From positions 96,001 to 160,000 of IMG/VR virus record IMGVR_UViG_3300048881_000698: a stretch of 64,000 nt of DNA, one strand, 5' to 3'. The position numbers were made by a program, and so were the translations under genes. Source of the stretch: a virus. Taxonomy: Duplodnaviria > Caudoviricetes. The notes under the pieces were generated by a model, which did no database searches, had not been told where the DNA came from, and saw only the letters and a list, made by a program, of their open reading frames with translations. Positions 54,763 through 64,000 of the stretch are shown piece after piece; position 1 is the first letter of the stretch, and each line of letters starts with the position of its first letter.

Positions 54763-56827
54763 CTCCTATAATGTTGTGAAGCCACCTTATGGCCATTATC
54801 AACGCAAATATTCCATGCTCTCTGCTTATGGCCATTCTGAACGGAACAAATCTTATAAAATACATGCACATATAAAACACACCTTTTTTAAAAACAGATA
54901 TCCTGTCCTCATTTAGAATATCATACCATAAATCAAACAAATATTTAATGTCTTCCAATTCATAAGAAAAATATTCTTCTTTAACATTAATATACTTTTT
55001 TTTATCATTAATTTCACTTATAATATGTTCATCGTTTGACCACAGCTCATATTTACTAAGAATTGACTGACATAATTTTCCAAGATCAAGTTCAACTGCA
55101 TCAAAGTGATCAGACGCGTCCATGTCGATTAATTTGAAATCATTTTTTTCTTCACTAAAGAGTATATTTTCTAAGGTCATATCACCATGAACTGGCCTGA
55201 TATATCTAGGTTTTATTTTTTGGAGATCAACTTCTCTTAATAGTCTAGAGAGCCCAAAATATTTTTTTTCATTTATCGTTATGAACTCAGAGTTTATTAG
55301 CCATTCCATAGTTTTGTCATCCTCAGAATATTTTTTTAATTTAGGATATATTTTAATTTTCATATGATTCGCCACCCATGACATGCCTTCAACTTCTTTC
55401 TTGAATGAATAAACATTTTTGTTCATTTTGTTCAAAACTATATTTAAAGTTTTTTTCACTGTATTTGTTGGGTATTCAACCAATTTTTTGTAATTTTCCA
55501 AGTATTCCATATCATAATAAAGCTCGTAATGGTTATCTTCAACATTTATTACTTTAGGTACCGAACCTGGTAAAACAAAATCCAACCTCTGTAAATCTTG
55601 TATCTGTCTCTTCAGTTTGTCATAATGAACTTTACTATTTTGCTCCTTTTTTACAACTTTTCTTACAAATTTTTTATTTTTATAAGACACTAAATATGTC
55701 ATTGCAAATGAATTACCTTTCAATACCTCGATTACTTCGATATCATTATTTTTTATTATCTTTTCAATATCTACGCCAACAAGGCCCTCGTTTCTTTTGA
55801 GTTCAATTGCGTTCGCTTGAGTTGCAAATATTTTGGATGGCTTTCTATCATTAATTAAAAATCTAGGTCCGGAAGGTAATCCCATAATTAAACTGTCATA
55901 TCTTATATTAAGTTTATCTAAAAAAGAAACTAACTTGTCTCTAAATTTTTCATTTCTGGCCGTTGTTAAAATAATTTTATGGCCATCGTTCTTCCATTTA
56001 TTTAGTGTTTCCGCATGGTTTAATTTTTTGGTTGTGGCTACGTCGCAATCAGAATGATCTTTATGCTCGACAAGCGTTCCATCAATATCACAAAAAATAG
56101 AGCATTCTTTCCTTCTTTCCTCAACACACTTTTCAAACATATCCAAATCGCCATAAAAATATGTTTTTTTAGGTCTAGCAAATCCAAAAGATGACGCGCT
56201 GAACAGAAGATCATTTAATGCATCAGAAACATATATTTTTTCTTTAGAATATTCAAATATATTTTCTTTAAAGTATACGCATCCAATTATCCCAAAAACA
56301 CCATAATCAGACTCAACTCTCTGTTTCTCGCAAATCATTTTTGGCTGCATTTTTGCTTCGTCTATAACGACCTTAGACCAATTTTTATATTCTGATTTGT
56401 CTATGTCCCATATAGGTATAATGCAATCATAATTGCTATTTGACACAATTAAATTAAATATCGGATCTACATCAATTGAGTGGTCACAATCACAAACAAT
56501 TATTGAATTATTTTTTTCAACCTTATTTAAGCCCTTAGCTAACGTTTGGTGTGGGCCGCGGGTTTTTTCTTTTATCTTGACAACGGAAACGTTAGGGTGT
56601 TCTATTAAATTGATAATTTCCTTTTCAACGCTAAATTTTTTATCTTGTTCTTCCGTGCAAATAAATATCACTTCATCAATTAAGCGAGACCATTTTTTAA
56701 AAGGCTCATATGCAAACTCTATAAATGTTAAGTCTCCAATTTTTAAAAAGGGTTTAAACGCTTGATTAAACCTAACTCCTTCTCCAGCTATTGGAAAAAC
56801 AAGTTTAATCTTATTGTCAAGTTTCAT
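54743..56827 (-). CDS. Trifunctional nucleotidyltransferase / HAD phosphatase / aminoglycoside-phosphotransferase-like kinase
   Basis: PIAGEGVRF...KPF...DCD; FCDIDGTL...TTAR...INDR; YDMEY...HGDMTLENIL...LID...DLGKL. Confidence 0.85.
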   Translation of the reverse strand: MKLDNKIKLVFPIAGEGVRFNQAFKPFLKIGDLTFIEFAYEPFKKWSRLIDEVIFICTEEQDKKFSVEKEIINLIEHPNVSVVKIKEKTRGPHQTLAKGLNKVEKNNSIIVCDCDHSIDVDPIFNLIVSNSNYDCIIPIWDIDKSEYKNWSKVVIDEAKMQPKMICEKQRVESDYGVFGIIGCVYFKENIFEYSKEKIYVSDALNDLLFSASSFGFARPKKTYFYGDLDMFEKCVEERRKECSIFCDIDGTLVEHKDHSDCDVATTKKLNHAETLNKWKNDGHKIILTTARNEKFRDKLVSFLDKLNIRYDSLIMGLPSGPRFLINDRKPSKIFATQANAIELKRNEGLVGVDIEKIIKNNDIEVIEVLKGNSFAMTYLVSYKNKKFVRKVVKKEQNSKVHYDKLKRQIQDLQRLDFVLPGSVPKVINVEDNHYELYYDMEYLENYKKLVEYPTNTVKKTLNIVLNKMNKNVYSFKKEVEGMSWVANHMKIKIYPKLKKYSEDDKTMEWLINSEFITINEKKYFGLSRLLREVDLQKIKPRYIRPVHGDMTLENILFSEEKNDFKLIDMDASDHFDAVELDLGKLCQSILSKYELWSNDEHIISEINDKKKYINVKEEYFSYELEDIKYLFDLWYDILNEDRISVFKKGVFYMCMYFIRFVPFRMAISREHGIFALIMAIRWLHNIIGDEDVKN

Positions 56828-56839
56828 AATACACTCTAT

Positions 56840-57943
56840 TTAATTTTCTTTTTCATTTTTAAGCCACTGTTTAAGTGGTAGAATATTTTCCATTATTGGT
56901 CCAGATGGCGGAGTTCTAAGAGGGAACGATTTTAAAAGAAACTTGGGGCTTAAAATTGGTTTTTCCCTTATTGCCAGCCATTCATGAAGATGTGTTTGTA
57001 ACCATTGGGGCTGTGATATTAAAAATGACCAATTATCGTCAAAAGGAAAGTCTCTAATTTTAAGCGCGTGCTTGGATTTTACAAATGCGTATCTATTGAT
57101 ACAATAGAAAATTCCTCTTTCTTTTAAACGAGCTTGCACTAAATCAAAGTAATACTCGACAGCCTCTTCAGTCATTTCCCCCAGAGATCTTGCATTAATA
57201 ATCAAATCAAATTTTATATTTTTTAATATGTCACCCATCCAGCCAGGCACCAAAGCCACGTCAAATCTCTCGTTAACTATACGTTCTTCTAAGCTTAAGT
57301 TCGAATTTTTCGTAATATCAAAAAATTTTAAATCTGGGTTCGCCATCGATAAATATTTATTTTGAACCAAAAGTGTCTCCGGGAGATCTAACATGATGTA
57401 TCTGGCTTTCGGATATCTTTTCTTGAGTTTTTGACAAAGATTTCCATATCCTCCCCCTATTTCCAAAATCCATTCGGGTTCCCTGCTCAACTCATCGCAA
57501 GTTCTTGTTATCTGCCACGTAGCATATAAATGATACAGGTCGTCAAAGTTCAGTTTAGCTCCATTAAATTCGTAATATCTTGGTTCCCCTATATCAGGGC
57601 CAGCGTAATCTCTGACAAAATTTTCTCCTGCCATTTCAACAAGCTCTTTATATCTTCCAATGATTTCCGGTATTTCGTATTCATCATAATTTTGGGGATA
57701 TTTTTTTCGATTAGTTATAAAATCTTTTCGATCAGTACTATAGAGGCCAGTTTCTAACATACATGTCAAACCATTTCTTCTAAAGTCTTTCCACGAGCCT
57801 TCTTCTTCAATCAATTCTATAAAATCTTTATCAAAAACATCCCAGTGATCACCTGTAAGTTTGTGGCACTGTGCTTTTGAATTATCATAAAACTTCATAA
57901 TTTTCCAGAAGAATTTTAATATATTTGTATGGACATCACTCAT
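56840..57943 (-). CDS. Putative sugar O-methyltransferase
   Basis: LEIGGGYGNL, DLPETL and FDLIINARSLGEM. Confidence 0.8.
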   Translation of the reverse strand: MSDVHTNILKFFWKIMKFYDNSKAQCHKLTGDHWDVFDKDFIELIEEEGSWKDFRRNGLTCMLETGLYSTDRKDFITNRKKYPQNYDEYEIPEIIGRYKELVEMAGENFVRDYAGPDIGEPRYYEFNGAKLNFDDLYHLYATWQITRTCDELSREPEWILEIGGGYGNLCQKLKKRYPKARYIMLDLPETLLVQNKYLSMANPDLKFFDITKNSNLSLEERIVNERFDVALVPGWMGDILKNIKFDLIINARSLGEMTEEAVEYYFDLVQARLKERGIFYCINRYAFVKSKHALKIRDFPFDDNWSFLISQPQWLQTHLHEWLAIREKPILSPKFLLKSFPLRTPPSGPIMENILPLKQWLKNEKEN

Positions 57944-58011
57944 TTTAAATTCTCGTCGATATAATTTATCTCATACAAAAGTAACATAAAAATATCTTTT
58001 TTTTAAGCAAT

Positions 58012-58710
58012 TCAAACTTGAAAAACTTTCAAATTAACTGATTCTGGAATGTTTGAAGCTTTTGTAATTAAATGAAAATTAACAGTTGGAGTTCTTTTGA
58101 CTATGTCGAGAAAGTGTCCAACCATGTCTGTATTTTTCATTTTCATTTGCTGGCTTTCTAGTGGTGTTTGCCATGGCCTTCTAAACAGATAATCGCTTTG
58201 ATAAAAATCTAATCCAATTACCCATATGTTTTTCGCTTTGAGGATGGCCGCGGCATAAATTATAGCTAAAATGCCAGTGTTCGGGTGTTTGGTTCTGTAA
58301 TTCGAATCGCCCGGTTTTAAATAATATTTATCGTCAAAAAAATCATTGTATTTTAAAGTCTCTTTGGGTAAAAAGTGACATCTTAGTCCGCAATCCTCAT
58401 AATATGGTTTCACAATTGCTATGGCATCGTCGATTTTAGTTTTTGACAATTGTACATGCTTTATGTTTAACTCTTCATAATGTTTTTTCAGCAGTGGTGC
58501 GGTTGTTAATCTATTGACAAAGTGGACAATTTCTTTGCCTTTTAAGTGTGGGGCCACAGTTTCCCATTCAGAATGCTTGTTATCGATATTTCTATCAAAA
58601 TTGTTGACCATAAAACAATGCTCAAATTTGTCAGCGTAATTACATATATGTTTAACGCTTGAACCTTTTAAAATAACGCCAAAATTCTCTAAATTTTCAG
58701 GAAAGTGCAT
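58012..58710 (-). CDS. Putative sialyltransferase-like (GT29/GT42/Maf-like fold) protein
   Basis: ILKGSS...MVN and PNTGILAIIYA...IWVIGLDFY, within a NeuA/NeuB cluster. Confidence 0.55.
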   Translation of the reverse strand: MHFPENLENFGVILKGSSVKHICNYADKFEHCFMVNNFDRNIDNKHSEWETVAPHLKGKEIVHFVNRLTTAPLLKKHYEELNIKHVQLSKTKIDDAIAIVKPYYEDCGLRCHFLPKETLKYNDFFDDKYYLKPGDSNYRTKHPNTGILAIIYAAAILKAKNIWVIGLDFYQSDYLFRRPWQTPLESQQMKMKNTDMVGHFLDIVKRTPTVNFHLITKASNIPESVNLKVFQV

Positions 58711-59605
58711 TTTTTATTTTCCATTCTTCGACTTTTTTTGTTATAATCTCCTCAATAGGATCGTTTAGTTCCGGGCGCCAATCCGTAAATCTATACAATT
58801 TGATATCATTGTCTTCTAACATTTTGTAATATTTATCTGCAGAGTACTCTGATATCTTTTCTACATCATTACCGGTGCCACAAAAAATATTGATGTGTTT
58901 TACTAAATCAGATTCAATCAAATCTTCAAACAATTGATATTCTGCACCTTCTATATTGACTCTCAATATATTAAAGCTATTTTCAAAATCCGGTATGTTC
59001 TCCTTAACCCATTTTGAAAAAATTATTCCTTTTGAATATTCATATTGTAACCTAGGTATTTCTTCATGTTTTACCGAATCCATTTTGCCTTCTGAAAACC
59101 AAGAAAGAATATTTGTTTCATCTACTTCTACAAATTTGTTATCTCTTGTTGATATCGTCGGTGTTATTCCTAATGTTCTGGTCCACTTCTTAATCCAAGA
59201 ATATAGTTTTTTTAGCGAAAGATTATATACGGGTTTTTTAAAATTAGCGTCTTGAAAACAATAATTGAACATCAAGGGCATGCCAACACCTTCATTATCT
59301 GAACCTTTGGATAGCTGATCTAATTTTTTATTCTTTGATTCAAAAATAGAATGCCCAAGTGCGTTTTTCGCATAATAAAGCCTAATATATTCTTCAGTAT
59401 TAGATATTGCACCATGAATAATTTTTACGTTAGTGCCCGCGTACGCGACTCTTTCTTTGCAAAAATCATAATATAAATCACAAGCCTCAAAACCATATAT
59501 ATTCCAATTAAAATAATTTTTACCTAGAAAGGTGCACATGTCGCAAAGTTCGTTAGCGGTATGAAGGCCCAAATCAAAGTAATTTATTTTAACTTGCTCG
59601 CTCAT
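58697..59605 (-). CDS. FkbM-family methyltransferase (with internal insertion)
   Basis: FDLG...YGFEA...HGAIS...LRVNIEGAEY. Confidence 0.75.
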   Translation of the reverse strand: MSEQVKINYFDLGLHTANELCDMCTFLGKNYFNWNIYGFEACDLYYDFCKERVAYAGTNVKIIHGAISNTEEYIRLYYAKNALGHSIFESKNKKLDQLSKGSDNEGVGMPLMFNYCFQDANFKKPVYNLSLKKLYSWIKKWTRTLGITPTISTRDNKFVEVDETNILSWFSEGKMDSVKHEEIPRLQYEYSKGIIFSKWVKENIPDFENSFNILRVNIEGAEYQLFEDLIESDLVKHINIFCGTGNDVEKISEYSADKYYKMLEDNDIKLYRFTDWRPELNDPIEEIITKKVEEWKIKNALS

Positions 59606-59606
59606 T

Positions 59607-60452
59607 TCAGCTCCTTGTTATCATAAAACTTCTAACTATTTTTTTACTGTTGCCCTCTGGGTTTTCTTTACAGGCAAACTCTAAAAGATGTTCTTCGGAA
59701 ATGTCCTCATAAACACCTCTATGAAAGCCATCGGTTTCAACTGACTTGATTGGCTCATAACCAGCCTCCTTAAACAATTTAGGTTGTGGTATGGGCGTTG
59801 TAACAACGTATTTGGGCTTAAATCCAATAGCAAAATATTCCTTAAGGATCTTAGCGAAATCATTTTTCTCATTATATAGCGACGGGTGAACTTCAACCAA
59901 AATACTTATGTTGCCCGGGTTATTCTTAAAATAGCCCAAAGCACCCTTAAAGATATCTACCTCATGACCTTCAACATCCATCTTAATAAAGTTAGGGAAT
60001 TTTCTGTCTTTTAAAAATGTTTCCAATGTGTATGCTTCTACACTAACTTTATCAGTACTTCTATGTGTTCTTGCAAAACTATGTAAATTTGGGGCATCTG
60101 CTAACCAAAAATCCAATGTCCCATCCTTAGATGATATAGCTCCTTCTGTGATCTCACAAATGTCTTCAAACTCATTTGTTTCAATATTCTGTTGTAATAA
60201 TTCCAAGTTGTGCTTTCCAGGCTCAATCGCATATACAAAGCCATCTTCTCCAACATTATTCAGCATGTAGAGCGTCGTATAGCCTATATTAGCGCCTAAA
60301 TCAAGACAAACCATACCCTCCTTCACGGTCTCTTGTAATATACCCATAAAGGCCTTTTCCCTTTCGCCTACGCTGTATAAAACCTGAGATATACCATTAT
60401 CTGCTAGATCTAGATGCATCAAAAAATTACCTACATATTGTTTCACCAACAT
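59607..60452 (-). CDS. FkbM-family methyltransferase
   Basis: LDLGANIGY, AIEP and IKMDVEGHE. Confidence 0.9.
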   Translation of the reverse strand: MLVKQYVGNFLMHLDLADNGISQVLYSVGEREKAFMGILQETVKEGMVCLDLGANIGYTTLYMLNNVGEDGFVYAIEPGKHNLELLQQNIETNEFEDICEITEGAISSKDGTLDFWLADAPNLHSFARTHRSTDKVSVEAYTLETFLKDRKFPNFIKMDVEGHEVDIFKGALGYFKNNPGNISILVEVHPSLYNEKNDFAKILKEYFAIGFKPKYVVTTPIPQPKLFKEAGYEPIKSVETDGFHRGVYEDISEEHLLEFACKENPEGNSKKIVRSFMITRS

Positions 60453-61369
60453 TATTCTTCACTCTCCTTTATATCACTTAAAAAATTTGCATATCTTTCT
60501 GCCACGTTATTCATATCAATATCAGAATTATAACTGTTATTTGTAATATTGTCAAATTTTAACTTTGGAGGATGATCAACATCAGCAGGTTCAAGATCCC
60601 ATGATTCCTCCACTACTATTGTGGCGTCCGGGCCGGCAATTTCTTTTGTACCGCCTTCCGAGCAACATATTATGTGACAACCTGCTGCTCTTGCGTCTAC
60701 AACAACATTCGGGCACGCATCATATCTAGCAAGATGTATAAAGTGGCTTGCAGCTTTCATATATGAAAATAAAGAAAAAGGGCTCACTTGGCCAAGATAA
60801 AATACTCTGTCGTGTTCTATCATTTCCCATGGTTTTGGCATACCAGCCACTATAAGACAATCCTTTTTACCTGAAAATTCTAAAAAATATCTAATATTGT
60901 CAGGCATCCTTTTCCACCCGCGCCAATTCGACGCACAACACCAAACATTTTCATAATCTTCTAGTTCTTTATTATTTGCGGGCTCAGTTGTTTCTATCAT
61001 TTCTAAATCAGCACCATTGTGAATCACTTCATAATTTGGATGGTCTCCAAAATATTTAAACACTAAATTCTTACTGTACTCTGACTGAAATATCACGCCA
61101 TTTGCTTTTCTATATGTGTTCAGTATGTTTGTATTTTGCAAAGTATAATCTTTAGTTCTGTCAAAGTAGATTCCATCTAGCCTTTGTACAATAGGGATGT
61201 TTAAATTGTTAGTTTTAGCCTCGATAAACGAAAGTTGTATTTCTGGGGTTGAGACTGGAGTTGTGTAACACTGGTGGCCCTGTCTCTTGAGATATTTTGA
61301 CAGTTTAGTGCCGAAATGATTTGGGCCAGTAGGGAGACCTTTAATTACATTGTCTAAATATATAATCAC
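60452..61369 (-). CDS. Glycosyltransferase family 4 (GT-B)
   Basis: IFQSEYS, IHNG and DACPNVVVDARAAG; paralog of 61394..62416. Confidence 0.85.
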   Translation of the reverse strand: MIIYLDNVIKGLPTGPNHFGTKLSKYLKRQGHQCYTTPVSTPEIQLSFIEAKTNNLNIPIVQRLDGIYFDRTKDYTLQNTNILNTYRKANGVIFQSEYSKNLVFKYFGDHPNYEVIHNGADLEMIETTEPANNKELEDYENVWCCASNWRGWKRMPDNIRYFLEFSGKKDCLIVAGMPKPWEMIEHDRVFYLGQVSPFSLFSYMKAASHFIHLARYDACPNVVVDARAAGCHIICCSEGGTKEIAGPDATIVVEESWDLEPADVDHPPKLKFDNITNNSYNSDIDMNNVAERYANFLSDIKESEE

Positions 61370-61393
61370 CTCTTCACCACCTTAATAAACGTG

Positions 61394-62416
61394 TTAACTA
61401 CCACGAGCATTCACCTTTACATATTTAATATGCTCTATATATCTATCAACTACGTTGTTGATGCAGATATCTGATATTATATCATTTTTGATTATGTTAT
61501 CAAAACTCATTCTGGGTGGATTATCTACATCGACTGGACTGTAATCCCACGGCTCTTCCACAACCACTGTGGCATCTTTTCCAGCAACCTCTTTTGTGCC
61601 GCTGTCAGAAGAACATACTATATGACAGCCGGCGGCTCGAGCATCAACTACCACATTTGGGCACGCATCGTATCTAGACAGATGGATAAAATAATTTGAT
61701 GTTTTATAAATAGAGTGCAGGGTTGATGATCCCACTTGGCCTAGATACATTATCCTGTCATGATGCACTTCAGGCTCCGACTCATAAAGAGACATGAGAC
61801 GTCGGGAGGCGGCGCCGGCAACCAATAAACAATCTTTTTTGCCGGAAAACTCAAGAAAATATCTGATATTATCTAATAGTCTCTTAGAGCCTCTCCAATT
61901 TGAAGCACAGCACCAAATATTCTCGTATTGGTCGATGTTGTTTGTATAGTAAGGCTCTGCGTTGTTTATCAAGTCATAATCTGCGCCGTTGTTAATAATA
62001 ATATAATTTTCACATTCTCCAAAATTTTTAAAAACTAAATTTTTACTATAATTTGATTGAAAGATTACGCTGTCTGCCGCCCTATACGTTTCCAAAGTTT
62101 TGGAGTTTTCTGACATATAATCTTTTGTTTTATCAAAATATATCCCGTCCAGTCTATGAATCAAAGGTATATAAGGCAGATTTGAGGGATAATAGTCTGA
62201 TAATTTAAAGTAGCTTTTTATAAAGCTTAGTTGGGCGTCCGGAAGCCAAGGTATTTCTAAATTTTCCGCATATCGGTTATTAATAAGGTAGGCTGGGTCC
62301 ATCAAATGTGCATAAGACTGATGGCCTTTTTTCTTAAGAAATTTAGCTAATTTTACAGCAAAATAATTCGGCCCGGTGCTGGCCTCTGGATCTACATTAT
62401 CTAAAAATATATTCAT
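61394..62416 (-). CDS. Glycosyltransferase family 4 (GT-B)
   Basis: IFQSNYS, INNG and DACPNVVVDARAAG. Confidence 0.85.
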   Translation of the reverse strand: MNIFLDNVDPEASTGPNYFAVKLAKFLKKKGHQSYAHLMDPAYLINNRYAENLEIPWLPDAQLSFIKSYFKLSDYYPSNLPYIPLIHRLDGIYFDKTKDYMSENSKTLETYRAADSVIFQSNYSKNLVFKNFGECENYIIINNGADYDLINNAEPYYTNNIDQYENIWCCASNWRGSKRLLDNIRYFLEFSGKKDCLLVAGAASRRLMSLYESEPEVHHDRIMYLGQVGSSTLHSIYKTSNYFIHLSRYDACPNVVVDARAAGCHIVCSSDSGTKEVAGKDATVVVEEPWDYSPVDVDNPPRMSFDNIIKNDIISDICINNVVDRYIEHIKYVKVNARGS

Positions 62417-63186
62417 TATTCTTCTTTAACAAAGTACATCTCTCGCAGAAAACCAGGAGCAGGTGAGCCAGTTCCTAAAAAAGTCTGCGAATTCATAAAA
62501 CTAATTTCCTTTGGGGCGCACCTTACGACGTCATCTTCGCTCTCTATTTTGATAGACTCATATCTGCCGAAAGCCTGTGGAGCAAAGTCTACAAGAAAAA
62601 TACCTGACGGCATCAGCACCCTTGTTGCCTCCTTAAACATTTTCTCTAAATCAAATCCGTGATCTATCGAATTTGTGTACACAAAATTAAAATAATTATC
62701 TTCAAATTTTATATCGTGAAAATCGCCTTCAATAACCAAAGGGGGATTCGGGATCAAATCTATCCCAATTGCGTCAAATCCTATATCACGAAGTGCACTG
62801 ACCTCTTCTCCCATGCGCGCCCCAAGACAAAGGGCCCGGGGCGGATTATCGCGACATTGGTTTAAAATATTCATCCATGGAAACACTGTGTAGACTACAT
62901 TCACAATTTTTTTTCCGTTGGAGTTTTCAGTTATATAAATCTCGTCGAGTGATTTGAAACAAGGTGTGGACGCTTCCAAGTGCTCCATATCGCCGCTGGC
63001 CAAAAGGTATGTTCCGGGAGATACCCTATCTGTAAACCTACTGAATTTTTCTTTAAAGGCGCCTATGCGTAGTTTATGGATATCATCTTTCATCAATCTT
63101 TCGCGGCGGGATGGATCTGAAGTCTTCTCTTTTTGATGTTGAACATACTCTTCGTAGTTCGCATATTCTCTTCTATCTATTGACAT
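62416..63186 (-). CDS. Class I SAM-dependent methyltransferase
   Basis: LCLGARMGEE, GIDL, GDFHDIKF and RVLMPSG. Confidence 0.85.
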   Translation of the reverse strand: MSIDRREYANYEEYVQHQKEKTSDPSRRERLMKDDIHKLRIGAFKEKFSRFTDRVSPGTYLLASGDMEHLEASTPCFKSLDEIYITENSNGKKIVNVVYTVFPWMNILNQCRDNPPRALCLGARMGEEVSALRDIGFDAIGIDLIPNPPLVIEGDFHDIKFEDNYFNFVYTNSIDHGFDLEKMFKEATRVLMPSGIFLVDFAPQAFGRYESIKIESEDDVVRCAPKEISFMNSQTFLGTGSPAPGFLREMYFVKEE

Positions 63187-63805
63187 CGCTATCTCTCTTT
63201 ATGGCCACAATTACTTGACACTCTATTTGGATCGGAGTCATATAGTGTTCTTCAATCTCAAAGGTCTGAGAAATATATTTAGCAAACTCATCTTTTGTCC
63301 ATTCTCTCACATGGCATATGTTCGCAGGAGGGCCATTTTTTTTAACGTCCCAATTCATTTGCCTTTGAACTTCTTGAATAACATCACGTTCCGGAGTAGA
63401 AATTACCAAATGCTTGAAATTTATACTATTGATGAAATCAATCATTAGATCTGGTTCCAATACATGTTCAATAACATCAGAGCAGATAACCAAATCAAAT
63501 TCATCTTTAGGAGGGTTATCATAATCTGAAAGCATATAATCAAAGTAAGGGTATGTTTCTCTTAGCCACGAAAGATTGGGTTCAAGATCCAAACCAATAA
63601 AAGACTTGTCTCTAAAATACTTGACCAATTTAAAACTCGAGCCGCAACCGATATCAAGTACTTTTTTATACTTATACTCATCTAACAACTGTCTGGCTCT
63701 CTGATATACTTCATCTTGGAACTGATCACTAGATTCAATTTGTACATTTTGATTATATTCTTTTCTAGATGTATATCCCTCTTTTATACAATATTCTCCA
63801 CTCAT
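63173..63805 (-). CDS. Class I SAM-dependent methyltransferase
   Basis: VLDIGCG, FDLVICSDVIEHV, STP and HVREW. Confidence 0.88.
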   Translation of the reverse strand: MSGEYCIKEGYTSRKEYNQNVQIESSDQFQDEVYQRARQLLDEYKYKKVLDIGCGSSFKLVKYFRDKSFIGLDLEPNLSWLRETYPYFDYMLSDYDNPPKDEFDLVICSDVIEHVLEPDLMIDFINSINFKHLVISTPERDVIQEVQRQMNWDVKKNGPPANICHVREWTKDEFAKYISQTFEIEEHYMTPIQIECQVIVAIKRDSDVNR

Positions 63806-64000
63806 AGTTTCTCTAGCCGCGAATAAGGCTTCTTATTTCTAATGGCTTGTTCAATTCTAAGCTGGTCTATTCTATGTACCCTATCAACTGATAATGGGTT
63901 ATTTCTATTATAAACATACAGAGGTTCTTTTATAAATACACAATGTTCTGGACCAGACATCTCCGCCATTGGAAACATCATAACCTGATCGAAGGTATAT
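63802..64000 (-). CDS. Glycosyltransferase family 2-like protein, C-terminal fragment (partial)
   Basis: Not in the ORF track. My translation is ...DQVMMFPMAEMSG...FIKEPLYVYNRNNPL...IRNKKPYSRLEKL*, with an ATGA overlap with the next gene. Confidence 0.7.
   Translation of the reverse strand, partial: YTFDQVMMFPMAEMSGPEHCVFIKEPLYVYNRNNPLSVDRVHRIDQLRIEQAIRNKKPYSRLEKL

Noticed and set aside
57975-58010. Possible sigma70 promoter upstream of the sugar O-methyltransferase
   Set aside because: The -35/-10 spacing and matches are poor in a very AT-rich gap, so it is not supportable.
1016-63448. The many plus-strand ORFs and short alternative-frame minus ORFs in the track
   Set aside because: They are shadows of long minus-strand genes with no recognisable motifs. 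The repeated ones only mirror the cassette repeats.
1-64000. Stop-codon reassignment, as in some large phages
   Set aside because: Genes are full length and densely packed in the standard code, and TAG, TGA and TAA all appear as genuine stops.
1-64000. CRISPR arrays, tRNA or rRNA genes
   Set aside because: Intergenic gaps are under about 90 bp and none shows a cloverleaf or repeat-spacer pattern.

Overview
The window is a 64-kb, AT-rich segment of a large tailed (myovirus-like, probably jumbo) bacteriophage genome. Essentially all real genes are on the minus strand, tightly packed, in the standard genetic code. In window order: a partial tail-fibre-like gene; a putative holin/spanin-like membrane trio; a replication/recombination block (single-polypeptide Mre11-Rad50/SbcD-SbcC fusion, DnaG-type primase, RuvC-like resolvase); a ~40-kb virion/baseplate module (gp6- and gp25-like wedge proteins, a 4138-aa LamG protein, a 2775-aa LysM protein, spike/gp5-like genes); a phage sigma factor; and a >15-kb nucleotide-sugar/glycosylation cluster (Ugd, epimerase, NeuA/NeuB, transaldolase, an NTP-transferase-HAD-kinase fusion, several glycosyl- and methyltransferases) running off the right end. 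Three signals stand out. (1) Eight in-frame ~130-150-aa 'ATAT...FxGG' domain cassettes of four sequence types are inserted into loops of three different virion genes, with near-identical DNA and gene-conversion-like mosaicism between copies. (2) [S/T]-[G/A]-S tripeptides are strongly enriched in a subset of virion proteins, a candidate sequon for the phage's own glycosylation machinery. (3) A recurrent CTAnTTA-like upstream motif is a candidate late promoter. All calls come from motif recognition by eye; no searches were run.
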